NCBI GenBank assembly: GCA_963677745.1
Contig: OY782391.1
Span: forward strand, 480,001 to 544,000
Source: Candidatus Altimarinota bacterium
GTDB lineage: Bacteria; Patescibacteriota; Gracilibacteria; UBA1369
Reading direction: 5' to 3'
Length of the DNA: 64,000 nucleotides
Positions 39,392 through 49,056 of the stretch are shown here, piece after piece. Positions within the stretch are counted from its first letter, which is position 1. The number at the start of each line of letters is the position of its first letter. A model generated the notes under the pieces. That model made no database searches, had not been told where the DNA came from, and saw nothing but the letters and a program-made list of their open reading frames with translations. Both the position numbers and the translations under genes were made by a program.

Positions 39392-39425
39392 CATAATAGC
39401 CGCTTCCGGAATTGTCTTAGTCGGC

Positions 39426-41201
39426 TTATTTGGCCAGAAGCCCCTTCACCTGGAGATTTACCAATTCCTGATAAACACCGGGAATGTTTTTCAACTCGGG
39501 ATGTTTACCCACCTGAACTATTTTCCCCTTATTCATCACGACGATTTTATCAGCCTCGGTAACCGTACTGAGCCTGTGAGCAATCACAATCGATGTCCGT
39601 CCCTTCATCACACGCTCCAAAGCTTTCTGGATAATTCTCTCATTCTTGGAATCCAGAGCTGAAGTAGCCTCATCAAGAATCAGTATCGGCGGATTCTTAA
39701 GAATCACCCTGGCGATAGCCACACGCTGTTTTTCACCTCCAGAAAGTTTTAAACCGCGTTCCCCCACCATGGTCTTATAAGTTTTCGGCTTACTCATGAT
39801 AAATTTATGAATATTGGCTTTTCTGGCAGCTTCATATACCTCCCAGCGGGTTGCCCCGGGCTTGGCATAGGCAATATTATTGTAAATTGTATCGTTGAAT
39901 AAGGTGTTTTCCTGCATCACCAGACCAATATTCCGGCGCAGTGAAGTCTGGCTTACTTTGGTAATATCCTGACCGTCAATCAAAATCCGGCCGCTCTGCA
40001 CATCATAAAATCTGTTGAGCAAAGAAGTGATAGTCGATTTACCGGCTCCGGAATGTCCCACCAAAGCTGTCATCTGGGCCGGTTCAAAATCAATAGTGGC
40101 ATTGGAAAGTATATTTTTATCCTGATACTTAAAACCCACCCCTCTCATTTCCACCCGACCGGCGGTCACTTTCAACGTCTTGGCCTCGGGAATATCCTGC
40201 ACCGTGGGTATCCTTTCCAGGATTTTTCTGGCCTCTTCCAGTCTTAATATTGCATATTGCAATCCCCTTAAATCGCCTCCGATGGCATAAATCGGATCAT
40301 AAAGATAGCGTGAAAAAGAAGTGAACATCACCAATTGTCCCAGCGTCAAATTCCCCTGAAGAATCAGATATATGCCAAAAGCAATAATCAAAATCCTCTG
40401 CATGGTGGACGTACTCTGTCCCCAGATGTCTATTCTTCCCCAGCGTATAGAGGCCTGCTTCTGCAAATCCACATATTTTTTAAACTTGCCCAAAAAACTT
40501 TTCTGCTCTTTCTTCTCCTGGGCAAAACTTTTTACCACCACAATATTGGAGACCGCATCATAGGCACGCCCGATTGCCGAATCAAAAAGATCGTTGGATT
40601 CATCCTGTAAGGCGCTGGTCTTTTTAATACCCACGATAAAGATCCAAATGGCCAAAGGATAAAAAGCCATCGAAACCAGGGTCATCTGCCAATTAATAGT
40701 CAACGCCCAAATTAACACCACGACGCCCAGCAAAAACTTGGGTATCAGTTCCGGCACCATAATCATGGTAATAGTCCAAAAACTGTCCACTCCGCGGTCA
40801 ATTTTTTTCATCATCTCACCACTTTTCTTTTCCAGATGAAACGACATATCCAGCGCCAATACTTTTTGCATGGCCTCCTCAAAATAATTCCGGTCTACAT
40901 TGGGCATGCTCATACTGAAAAGCATTCTGATCCCGGTCATCACGACCGCGCTGACCAGTAACACTCCCGCCCAGATGCCGACAAACCAGATCACTTTGGT
41001 TAAATTCATACCCGCCGGCTGGCCGATTTTTACAATCTCGTCAAAAACATTCTGATAGACATAAGGTTCCACCAGCTGACTCAACAGCAGTACCAGCCAG
41101 ACCGGCCAGATATACCAGATTTTTGCCATTACCGGAGCCGTATAATGCCAGTAAAAACGCAAAGCCGGCCCCCATTCCCTGATTTTCAGTTTCTTGGACA
41201 T
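39426..41201 (-). CDS. ABC exporter, fused TMD-NBD (MsbA/ATM1-like)
   Basis: About 6 TM; [32 protein letters not shown]. Confidence 0.95.
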   Translation of the reverse strand: MSKKLKIREWGPALRFYWHYTAPVMAKIWYIWPVWLVLLLSQLVEPYVYQNVFDEIVKIGQPAGMNLTKVIWFVGIWAGVLLVSAVVMTGIRMLFSMSMPNVDRNYFEEAMQKVLALDMSFHLEKKSGEMMKKIDRGVDSFWTITMIMVPELIPKFLLGVVVLIWALTINWQMTLVSMAFYPLAIWIFIVGIKKTSALQDESNDLFDSAIGRAYDAVSNIVVVKSFAQEKKEQKSFLGKFKKYVDLQKQASIRWGRIDIWGQSTSTMQRILIIAFGIYLILQGNLTLGQLVMFTSFSRYLYDPIYAIGGDLRGLQYAILRLEEARKILERIPTVQDIPEAKTLKVTAGRVEMRGVGFKYQDKNILSNATIDFEPAQMTALVGHSGAGKSTITSLLNRFYDVQSGRILIDGQDITKVSQTSLRRNIGLVMQENTLFNDTIYNNIAYAKPGATRWEVYEAARKANIHKFIMSKPKTYKTMVGERGLKLSGGEKQRVAIARVILKNPPILILDEATSALDSKNERIIQKALERVMKGRTSIVIAHRLSTVTEADKIVVMNKGKIVQVGKHPELKNIPGVYQELVNLQVKGLLAK

Positions 41202-41309
41202 GATGAAAAGCCATAATTTGACTTACGCGAGCAATATTATAGATTAGTAATTATGTATTTGCAATTAGACTTTTTTATACTATGATACGCAGGCGAAAAG
41301 ATAAATTGT

Positions 41310-41386
41310 GAGCCCGTAGCTCAGCTGGATAGAGCGTTGGTTTGCGGAGCCAAAGGTCGTGCGTTCGACTCGCACCGGGCTCACCA
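41310..41386 (+). tRNA. tRNA-Arg(GCG)
   Basis: Cloverleaf: GAGCCCG/CGGGCTC acceptor, GCTC/GAGC D-stem with A20, TTGGT-TTGCGGA-GCCAA anticodon arm, GTGCG-TTCGACT-CGCAC T-arm, encoded CCA. Confidence 0.97.
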
Positions 41387-41403
41387 TGAAAAAATCATAA
41401 TAA

Positions 41404-42888
41404 ATGTATAAAAAGACTTTTCTTCCGTTGTTGGTTGCTCTGACACTGACTGCCTGCCAGCAACCTTCCATCGCCCCCGAACAGATTCAGCCGGAGGAGG
41501 AAGGACCGCCCCTTCTTACCGCTACCGTTCCCGGCGTCATCCCTCCGGAATTATTGGATCTGGCACCCGGTAAAGACGCTGAAGCTTTGATAATCGGCAA
41601 TCTTCCGGATAGTCTGGTTCAATCGGTTACCGACGAAAACATCAAAGCACAATTACAAAAACTAAAGGGAGGTGTTTTGGTGACCAAAAAAGACCCCCTC
41701 AAGCCCGGACTGCCGTATGTCTGGTTGGGAATAGTATTTCGTGACGAAGCAGCCGCTCAGGAAGCCCTGGATTTTTATCAAAAAAGCAGTTTCATCTCAT
41801 CTACCACCAAGGAACAGTTGGCCCTGGAAAGACAACAGAACCTCCTGGTCAGCAAAAAAGAAAATTCCGCCAGATTCCTTGGAAAATTGTCTGAACATTC
41901 GGAACTTTCAAAAATTACCGGCCTGACTCCCCAACCAATCTTCTTCGCCTACCAGAATTCGACGCGTATTCCCGAGCTCAATCTGACCCTGAAGTCACAG
42001 TCCCCCATCCTGATCGATCCCTTGAACAATCCCGACCTAAGCGCGGTTTTCAACGCCGCCACCTTCTCGGCCAAAGAGCTGACCACCCTCGGAGAATGGC
42101 AGGACAACCAACTCAAACTGACGGTCAAAGATGTTTTGATTTCCGACCAGAAAATACTGGGCAACCTGATGCTTTCCACACTTTTCCCTGCCAACAACAC
42201 CCAACCCGTAACCGAAGAACAAAAAACCTTCGTCTCCAGCACCGTCCAAAGCACCCTTGATGAATACAAGGAAGTTTACACAAACAAACTGTCCGCTGTG
42301 AAAACCTTTATTGAGCAGAAAAATTCCGAATACCCGGAACTGATTTCCCTTCTGGATTTAAAACCGGCCCAGCTTGATCTAACCTTGCTGGTAAAACCGC
42401 CGGCACTGGAAAATTTTTACGGGCAAATGGTTGCCGGATGGAATTACAATGAAAACAAAGCAAAGAACTACAATAAACAAACCATCCTAAGCGACATCAT
42501 GACCGCCCTGGACCAGTACCGGATACAAAACAACCGCTATCCCGAAAACGACGGCTGTCTGGAAAATGTTCTGGAAATCAAAACCTTCGTCAAAAACAAT
42601 GTTATTCCCAAAGATCCCCAAGGTCCCCAGAAATTCGGAGACACTCTTTGCAAAAGCGGATTTTTACTGCAAAAAATCAACGACGATAACTATATCCTCT
42701 GGGCAAAGACGGAAGGGGAAAAACAGGGTAACACCGAGTGGCCCGAAACTGACACAAGCGCCGGTAAAGGTAATTTCTATATAATCAAATTGGAATATCT
42801 GCCTGCTTTGGAACAACCGCTGCTCGAAGAACCTCCTCTGGAAGAAGAAGTGATTCCCAATAAGCCCAAGGTGAAAAGACCTCTCTAG
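41404..42888 (+). CDS. Lipoprotein with C-terminal GspG/pilin-like domain
   Basis: Lipobox LTAC; LSDIMTALDQYRIQNNRYP...IPKDP; acidic/Pro tail ending KVKRPL. Confidence 0.72.
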   Translation: MYKKTFLPLLVALTLTACQQPSIAPEQIQPEEEGPPLLTATVPGVIPPELLDLAPGKDAEALIIGNLPDSLVQSVTDENIKAQLQKLKGGVLVTKKDPLKPGLPYVWLGIVFRDEAAAQEALDFYQKSSFISSTTKEQLALERQQNLLVSKKENSARFLGKLSEHSELSKITGLTPQPIFFAYQNSTRIPELNLTLKSQSPILIDPLNNPDLSAVFNAATFSAKELTTLGEWQDNQLKLTVKDVLISDQKILGNLMLSTLFPANNTQPVTEEQKTFVSSTVQSTLDEYKEVYTNKLSAVKTFIEQKNSEYPELISLLDLKPAQLDLTLLVKPPALENFYGQMVAGWNYNENKAKNYNKQTILSDIMTALDQYRIQNNRYPENDGCLENVLEIKTFVKNNVIPKDPQGPQKFGDTLCKSGFLLQKINDDNYILWAKTEGEKQGNTEWPETDTSAGKGNFYIIKLEYLPALEQPLLEEPPLEEEVIPNKPKVKRPL

Positions 42889-42899
42889 AAAAACTTTTC

Positions 42900-43550
42900 T
42901 TATCCCCGTAAACTGGCAATCGCCCGCTTTCTGTCTGTTGCGCCGAATATATACGATCCGGCCACCAAAATATCCGCACCGGCCTGCCGGCAGATTTTGG
43001 CAGTTTCAGCATTTATGCCGCCATCCACTTCCACCAGTAACCGGGGACTCTTTTGTTTCAGCCATTTGATCTTCTCCACGGCCAGAGCGATGAATTTCTG
43101 TCCTCCAAATCCCGGATTGACACTCATCACCAGCACCATATCCAGCAAGGGCAAAATTGCCGAAAGACTTTCCACAGATGTCCCGGGATTTACCGCCACT
43201 GCGGCTTTCATCCCCAGCTCTTTGATTTTGGAAACCACACGGTGTAAATGCCTGCAGGCTTCCACATGAACTGTAACGGAAGCGACCCCGGCTGCTGCCA
43301 GATCATCCAGATACAACTCCGGATTCTCCACCATCAGATGGCAATCCATGGGCAGACGGGTCTTGATAAATTTTATTACCGGCGGACCAAAAGTCAGATT
43401 GGGTACAAAATGATAATCCATCACATCCAGATGGATCAGGTCGGCAAAAGGTTCTATCGAGGCAATCTCGGTGTTCAGTTTGCCGAAATCCGACGACAGA
43501 ACGGAAGGGGCCACCAGAATTCTCCTTTTTGATTTGTTAGAAACTGCCAT
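42900..43550 (-). CDS. rpe: Ribulose-phosphate 3-epimerase
   Basis: HLDVMDYHFVPNLTFG, DCHLMV, MSVNPGFGGQ, VDGGI. Confidence 0.98.
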   Translation of the reverse strand: MAVSNKSKRRILVAPSVLSSDFGKLNTEIASIEPFADLIHLDVMDYHFVPNLTFGPPVIKFIKTRLPMDCHLMVENPELYLDDLAAAGVASVTVHVEACRHLHRVVSKIKELGMKAAVAVNPGTSVESLSAILPLLDMVLVMSVNPGFGGQKFIALAVEKIKWLKQKSPRLLVEVDGGINAETAKICRQAGADILVAGSYIFGATDRKRAIASLRG

Positions 43551-43565
43551 ATTTATTTAATCTGA

Positions 43566-44054
43566 CTAAGAAACCTTCCCGTTATCGGAAACACCAGTGT
43601 TCTTCATCACCTGTTCGATCTTCTCGATACGACGCAAATGTCTCTCTTCGGCGTCAAACTTGGTATCAATAAACACATCGACAATCGCTTCGGCCAAATC
43701 GCGTCCGGTCAGTCTCTCTCCCAAACAAAGTACATTGGCATTGTTATGGGCCCTTCCCATGCGGGCTGTAATTTCGTTGTTGGCCAGTACAGCTCTGATA
43801 CCGTTTTTCCGGTTGGCAGTGATGGACATACCGACCCCGCTTCCACAGATCAAAATCCCCATTGCTCCCTTATTTTCCAAAACTTTTTCACACACTTCCC
43901 GGGCAATGTCCGGATAATCAGTGGAGTCATTGGTAAAAACACCCAGATCCAGCACGGAAGAATCATCCTTGCCCTGGAATTTCTGTTCCAGATAATCCTT
44001 AATCTCACGCTTCAGATTGATCCCGGCATGATCGGATCCCAAATAAACTTGCAT
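43566..44054 (-). CDS. rpiB: Ribose-5-phosphate isomerase B
   Basis: GSDHAG, DYPD, ICGSGVGMS, RAHNNANVL, RHLRR. Confidence 0.97.
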   Translation of the reverse strand: MQVYLGSDHAGINLKREIKDYLEQKFQGKDDSSVLDLGVFTNDSTDYPDIAREVCEKVLENKGAMGILICGSGVGMSITANRKNGIRAVLANNEITARMGRAHNNANVLCLGERLTGRDLAEAIVDVFIDTKFDAEERHLRRIEKIEQVMKNTGVSDNGKVS

Positions 44055-44140
44055 ATATTTTGTATTAAATTATGTTTCTATATATTATAACACCGAAAGT
44101 GGCTTGTTTGAAAGGACAAAAGCAATTACAGTCAATAGCG

Positions 44141-45079
44141 ATGAATGAAAACATAAATCTGCCAAAAATCTTCGGTGAATATCTGGAAAAGCTTGGAACA
44201 AAAGCCAAAAACCTGGTAGTACTTGATTCAGATTTAAGTAACAATCTCCACACTCTCTATTTTGCCAAAGCCTTCCCCGATCGGCATTTTTCCGTGGAAA
44301 TGGCGGAAAGCAGCCTGCCCGGCTTGGCAGCCGGAATGACCGTCCGGAAAAAACTGCCTTTTATCTGCGCCGAAGCCCCGGCTCTGTTGGGTAAAAGCCT
44401 GGACATGATCAGAAATTGCATTGTCTCCCCCCATCTCAACCTAAAAATAATTCTTTCCACGGTCGGCTTGAGCCGTATTGAAGATGGCCTTGCCAAAACC
44501 TGCACCGAAGACCTCGCTATTCTAGGAGCACTTCCCAATATTAAAATATTTACCCCCGCCGACCAGTTTGAGCTGAGAGCGATGATGGATTTCATGATTA
44601 ATGATTTCGGACCGACGGTTCTGCGTATTCCCAGGCACTGCAGGGAAAATCTTCACGACAGCAATTGTGTCTTTCGTCCGGGACAACCGGAAATAGTAAA
44701 AAAAGGAGAACAAATCTGTCTTATTTCATCAGGGGCAATTCTGCACGAATGTCTAAGAGCCGCTATCGACCTCGAACACAAAGGCCTCTCCACCCAAGTC
44801 ATCAATCTGTCTTCATTGAGACCCCTGGACTCGGAAAAACTGGCTGAACTCTGTCGGAACTGTGAACTGATCCTGACTGTGGAGGATCATAGTCTGCACG
44901 GCGGAATCGGCAGCAGGGTCTGTGAAATTATGCAACATTACGGAATTCCCAAAAAACTATTGAAATTGGGGCTGGATGGATTGCCTGAATGCGGCAAATA
45001 TCAGGAAATTCTTGGAAAATACGGTCTGGACGCCAAAAATATTTACGAAACAGTCCGTGAAAACTGGCTGAAAAATTAA
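44141..45079 (+). CDS. Transketolase C-terminal subunit homolog (degenerate active site)
   Basis: VVLDSDL, FPDR, AE...GLAAG, EDG, PAD, TVEDH...GGIGS; start moved to ATG 44141. Confidence 0.85.
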   Translation: MNENINLPKIFGEYLEKLGTKAKNLVVLDSDLSNNLHTLYFAKAFPDRHFSVEMAESSLPGLAAGMTVRKKLPFICAEAPALLGKSLDMIRNCIVSPHLNLKIILSTVGLSRIEDGLAKTCTEDLAILGALPNIKIFTPADQFELRAMMDFMINDFGPTVLRIPRHCRENLHDSNCVFRPGQPEIVKKGEQICLISSGAILHECLRAAIDLEHKGLSTQVINLSSLRPLDSEKLAELCRNCELILTVEDHSLHGGIGSRVCEIMQHYGIPKKLLKLGLDGLPECGKYQEILGKYGLDAKNIYETVRENWLKN

Positions 45080-45133
45080 ACCAAAGCGAAAAATCAACAC
45101 CAAGCCGTCCCTCCGGACTACGGAAGTAAACCT

Positions 45134-45673
45134 TTATAGCCAGCTGACTTTATCACCGGTTTTAATCCCCAGTTTGTCGGTCAGACCGGCGTTAACTTCC
45201 AAAACATACCTGGCCGGCATTTCCGAGCCGTATAAAAGACAGGCCTGATCGGACTGATCAACGCAAGGCAGAGCCTTTTTGGCAACGTGTTTGATATAAC
45301 CGCTCTCATCAATAAAAATCATATCCAGTGCGATCAGCGTGTTTTTCATCCAGAAATTCAGATAGCCCTGTTTCTCAAAAATAAACAGCATCCCTTTGTT
45401 TTCGTCCAGACTTTTTCTGTTCATCAAACCGACTTTCCGCTGGGCATCAGTGGCAGCCACCTCCACTTCCAGCTGATGGTTGTTATTTCCCGAAGTGATA
45501 ACCAGTTTTTTTACAGGCAAATCAACATTCATGATAATCGGGTCATTGTTAGCTTTGGTGTCGGCAGAATCGATCTTATAATCCAGACTGTCGGTCTTTA
45601 CTTCATTCCCGGGAATTATATTGCATCCTGTCAAAAAAAGCAGCAACGACATCAAAACAATTATTTTTTTCAT
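45134..45673 (-). CDS. DUF192 lipoprotein
   Basis: LTGC lipobox; EVA...GLMNR, GMLFIF, FWMKNT..LDMIFI, YVLEVNAG. Confidence 0.93.
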   Translation of the reverse strand: MKKIIVLMSLLLFLTGCNIIPGNEVKTDSLDYKIDSADTKANNDPIIMNVDLPVKKLVITSGNNNHQLEVEVAATDAQRKVGLMNRKSLDENKGMLFIFEKQGYLNFWMKNTLIALDMIFIDESGYIKHVAKKALPCVDQSDQACLLYGSEMPARYVLEVNAGLTDKLGIKTGDKVSWL

Positions 45674-45740
45674 AGAATTTTATTACTGCGCATAAATCTA
45701 AAACTATCGGCCGTTTTGTCAATATATATAGTATGGCCGT

Positions 45741-46205
45741 TTAGGGATAAATATAGCGTCCATAAATTTGATCAAGTCTGACATAAGGATAAACAAATGT
45801 GCGCGAATCTTTGCTATGGAAACGGTTATCCCCGAAAACCAGATACTCGCCGGAAGGTACCAGGAAAAAACGTTCATCTCCGTAATTAAAATGCTGTGCC
45901 ATCAAATAAGGTTCGGCCAAAACATCATAACCGCCTTCCTGATTTTTAATCATTACCTGATCAGCTTTGATTTTAATTGTTTCTCCCGGTAAGCCCACCA
46001 CCCTTTTGACGTAATAATATTGATCGTCAAAGCTAAAAACGACTATATCCCCCCGCTTCAGGGGATGATTGCCCTGAATCTGACGGTCGATCAAAAAAAG
46101 TTCCCGGTCGTGGAGTGTGGGATCCATAGACTGACCTTCGACCAAGAACGGACTAATAAACATCAATCTGGCTATCAGGACCGCACAAAACAAAAAACTG
46201 CTCAT
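45741..46205 (-). CDS. lepB: Signal peptidase I
   Basis: GQSMDPTL (Ser), YVKRVVGLPGE (Lys), GDNR..SKDSR. Confidence 0.93.
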   Translation of the reverse strand: MSSFLFCAVLIARLMFISPFLVEGQSMDPTLHDRELFLIDRQIQGNHPLKRGDIVVFSFDDQYYYVKRVVGLPGETIKIKADQVMIKNQEGGYDVLAEPYLMAQHFNYGDERFFLVPSGEYLVFGDNRFHSKDSRTFVYPYVRLDQIYGRYIYP

Positions 46206-46214
46206 TTTAATAAT

Positions 46215-47066
46215 TTATTCGATTTTTTTCTCCAGTGAAGCAAGCGCCTCAGCCAACTCTTCGCGACTCAGCGGCTGATCGTGATAAAAACTTTTATTCT
46301 CGGCAAAATCCACCCCCTTGGCTTTGACCGTCTTGGCAATTATGGCAACCGGCAGACGGGTTTCCACTACAGCTTTCTCCAGGGCTCCCAGCAGCTGATC
46401 AAAATCATGGCCGGCAAAAACATTGATGGTGCGAAACCCGAAAGCCTCCAGTTTATCGGAAAGCGGATCGGCAATGTTAAGATTTCTGACTATCCCGTCC
46501 TGTTGTATGCCATTTCTGTCCACCATCAGCACAAAGTTGCCCAGCTTGGCGTGTCCGGCCTCCAACAAAGACTCCCAGGCAGTGCCGTTAACCATCTCGG
46601 CATCGCCGGCCAGAACAAATACTTTGTTCCGGGAACGTTCTGCTTTGAGTGCCAGTGAAAGTCCGACTGCGCTGGCAATCCCCTGCCCGGCCAGACCAGC
46701 CGCCAGCGGTACACCGGGAATTTTCGATCTGGGCATGGCGGTAAGCAGAGCCCCGGTTGCCTTGAAATAATTAAGCTCATCAGCAGGAAAATAACCAAGA
46801 TCGGCCAAAATGGCATACCAGGCCGGTGCCGCACCGGATTTTGACAGAACAAAATAATCCTGTTCCCCGGAATTGGGGTTGCCTGGGTCAATATTCAGAA
46901 GCGGACCGGAAGAAGTTTGCCCATAGTAAAGCGCGGTCAGCAGTTCCACGCAGGACAAAGCGCTTCCCACAGCCCCCGACTCGGCAGCGGTAATCATTTT
47001 GAGAGTTTCTATCCTGATTTCGGTGGCCTTCCTCCGCAGAGCGGCCAGATATTCCTGAAAAGACAT
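46215..47066 (-). CDS. Transketolase N-terminal subunit homolog (degenerate active site)
   Basis: FVLSK, GQG, GDAE...WE, VDRN..Q.DG, GHD, TVKAKGV. Confidence 0.87.
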   Translation of the reverse strand: MSFQEYLAALRRKATEIRIETLKMITAAESGAVGSALSCVELLTALYYGQTSSGPLLNIDPGNPNSGEQDYFVLSKSGAAPAWYAILADLGYFPADELNYFKATGALLTAMPRSKIPGVPLAAGLAGQGIASAVGLSLALKAERSRNKVFVLAGDAEMVNGTAWESLLEAGHAKLGNFVLMVDRNGIQQDGIVRNLNIADPLSDKLEAFGFRTINVFAGHDFDQLLGALEKAVVETRLPVAIIAKTVKAKGVDFAENKSFYHDQPLSREELAEALASLEKKIE

Positions 47067-47197
47067 AATATTAATTTATCCAAAAGCAGGTTATATCCTT
47101 TGCTTCTGCCAGGCAAGACCTGCTTGGCAAAAAAGATAGTCTTGATGATGCCAATTTTTTACTTTAAAAGTATATCACCAAATAAATCTAAAAAATT

Positions 47198-47599
47198 ATG
47201 ATTGACGATCAAATCCAATTATCCCTGCAAAGTCTGAAAAAACTCCGGGAAGAACTGCGGGAAATTAAAAAAGACATCAAGGAAGAGGAAAAGATAGACA
47301 GTCCGGAATACCAGGATCTGGAAAAAGCACTAAAAGATTTGAAAAAACAGGTTAAGGATTTCAAAGATAAATGGATGTTGGAAATGCAAAGTGACGAGAA
47401 TTACAACAAACTCAGGGAAATCAAGATCAAGAAAGACGAGGAAATTGCCGAAGCCAACGAGAAATTATTTGAATTAATCTCCAAACTTCCCCCCAAACCG
47501 ATTGAGATGAAAATGGACACCGAGGAAGGACCGGTGCGCATTCAAATCATGCCGGAAATGAAACTTTATCTGAACGGACGGGAAGAAAAACGCCGCTAA
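47198..47599 (+). CDS. Hypothetical coiled-coil protein
   Basis: K/E-rich heptads; co-directional with the next gene. Confidence 0.75.
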   Translation: MIDDQIQLSLQSLKKLREELREIKKDIKEEEKIDSPEYQDLEKALKDLKKQVKDFKDKWMLEMQSDENYNKLREIKIKKDEEIAEANEKLFELISKLPPKPIEMKMDTEEGPVRIQIMPEMKLYLNGREEKRR

Positions 47600-47607
47600 T
47601 TACACCT

Positions 47608-48903
47608 ATGGCCAAAAAGCCACCACTTATTCCGGCCGAATCTGCCCCAGACACCATCGTCATTGTCGGTGGAGGAGCAGCGGGGTTGATGGCTGCCTAC
47701 TTTGCCAAACTGAAACATGCGAATTCGACGGTGATACTGGTTGAAAAAAACTCTTATCTTGGTGCTAAAATCCTCCTCTCCGGAGGCGGAAGATGCAACG
47801 TCACCACCGGCCTGCAATCGGTACCGGAAATCCTCAAAAACTACCCCCGGGGAGCTGATTTTCTGCGGACCGCCATGCAGCAATTCCCGCCCCGGGCCGT
47901 CATGGACTGGTTTGAATCACAGGGAGTCCCTCTTAAAACCGAGCCTGACCGAAGAGTGTTCCCGGTTTCCAACGATGGAAAAGATATTGTTAAAGCCTTG
48001 GAAAACGCACTTATCCAAGCCGGAGTAAAAATTCTGCGGAACCAGCAGCTGACATCGGTAGAAAATTTACCTGATCAAAAATTCAAACTCATTTTTAATA
48101 ACAGGCAGGATATATCGACAGACCGGCTGATCATTACAACCGGCGGCAATGCCTACCGGCAAACGGGATCAACAGGTGACGGTTACACCTTCGCCACTCA
48201 GCTGGGCCATCATATCACCCGTCTTTTCCCCTCCCTGGCTGCGCTAAGAACCTCCGAGGACTGGTCACATCAGTTAAGCGGAATCTCTTTCCCCTCGGCC
48301 GCACTAACCTTAAAAACATCCTCCCATGATTATCAGCGCCTGGGACCTTTTCTCTTTACCCATCAGGGTGTGACCGGCCCGGCCGTTTTTACACTCTCCA
48401 GCCTATCGGCCTTTGATACTATCGACCCCGGTAAACCCGCCCGCCTGTTCATAGATTTTTTCCCCGATCAAACGGCCGAAAAACTTTTACAAATGCTCGA
48501 TCAAAAAATTGACGCCAACCCCGGCAAGAAAACCGGCAATCTGATTGCCCTGTTTCTGCCTCATTCTCTCGCCGAAAAAATTGTGGACGTTCTTTTATCT
48601 CCGGCTTTTCCGGAAAAACAGTTGACCACAGTTAACGCCGCCAATCTGCCAAAAGCCGTACGGCGGAAAATTGTCGCCACTTTCAAAGAATTACCACTTA
48701 CCGTGATCAGCCGCAGTGCCGGCGATGAGTTTGTCACGGCGGGAGGAGTTGATATAAACGAAGTAAACCCGAAGACAATGGAATCACAGCTGCGCCCCGG
48801 ACTGTTCTTGGCCGGCGAATTGCTGGATATCGACGGTTTCACGGGAGGATTCAATCTGCAGGCCAGCTGGGCTACCGGTGCACTGGCCGGCGAATCAGTT
48901 TAA
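47608..48903 (+). CDS. HI0933/BaiN family FAD-dependent oxidoreductase
   Basis: GGGAAGLMAA, KILLSGGGRCNVT, TGSTGDGY, LFTHQG, VTAGGV, TGGFNLQ. Confidence 0.95.
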   Translation: MAKKPPLIPAESAPDTIVIVGGGAAGLMAAYFAKLKHANSTVILVEKNSYLGAKILLSGGGRCNVTTGLQSVPEILKNYPRGADFLRTAMQQFPPRAVMDWFESQGVPLKTEPDRRVFPVSNDGKDIVKALENALIQAGVKILRNQQLTSVENLPDQKFKLIFNNRQDISTDRLIITTGGNAYRQTGSTGDGYTFATQLGHHITRLFPSLAALRTSEDWSHQLSGISFPSAALTLKTSSHDYQRLGPFLFTHQGVTGPAVFTLSSLSAFDTIDPGKPARLFIDFFPDQTAEKLLQMLDQKIDANPGKKTGNLIALFLPHSLAEKIVDVLLSPAFPEKQLTTVNAANLPKAVRRKIVATFKELPLTVISRSAGDEFVTAGGVDINEVNPKTMESQLRPGLFLAGELLDIDGFTGGFNLQASWATGALAGESV

Positions 48904-49056
48904 ACATCTCCCGACAACAGAATGCAAAATAAACTTATCTTGCATTAAATTTGATAATGGGTAAAATCAGCACCTGCTCATAATCTGGCTGCAAAGTCAT
49001 GGTTATAGGGCGATCTTCGACAGGGACAGACAAACTGAGAGGAAGGGAAAATTCAC

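Noticed and set aside
41310-42900. tRNA-anchored genomic island
   Set aside because: No integrase and no duplicated tRNA 3' end seen; downstream gene has native composition.
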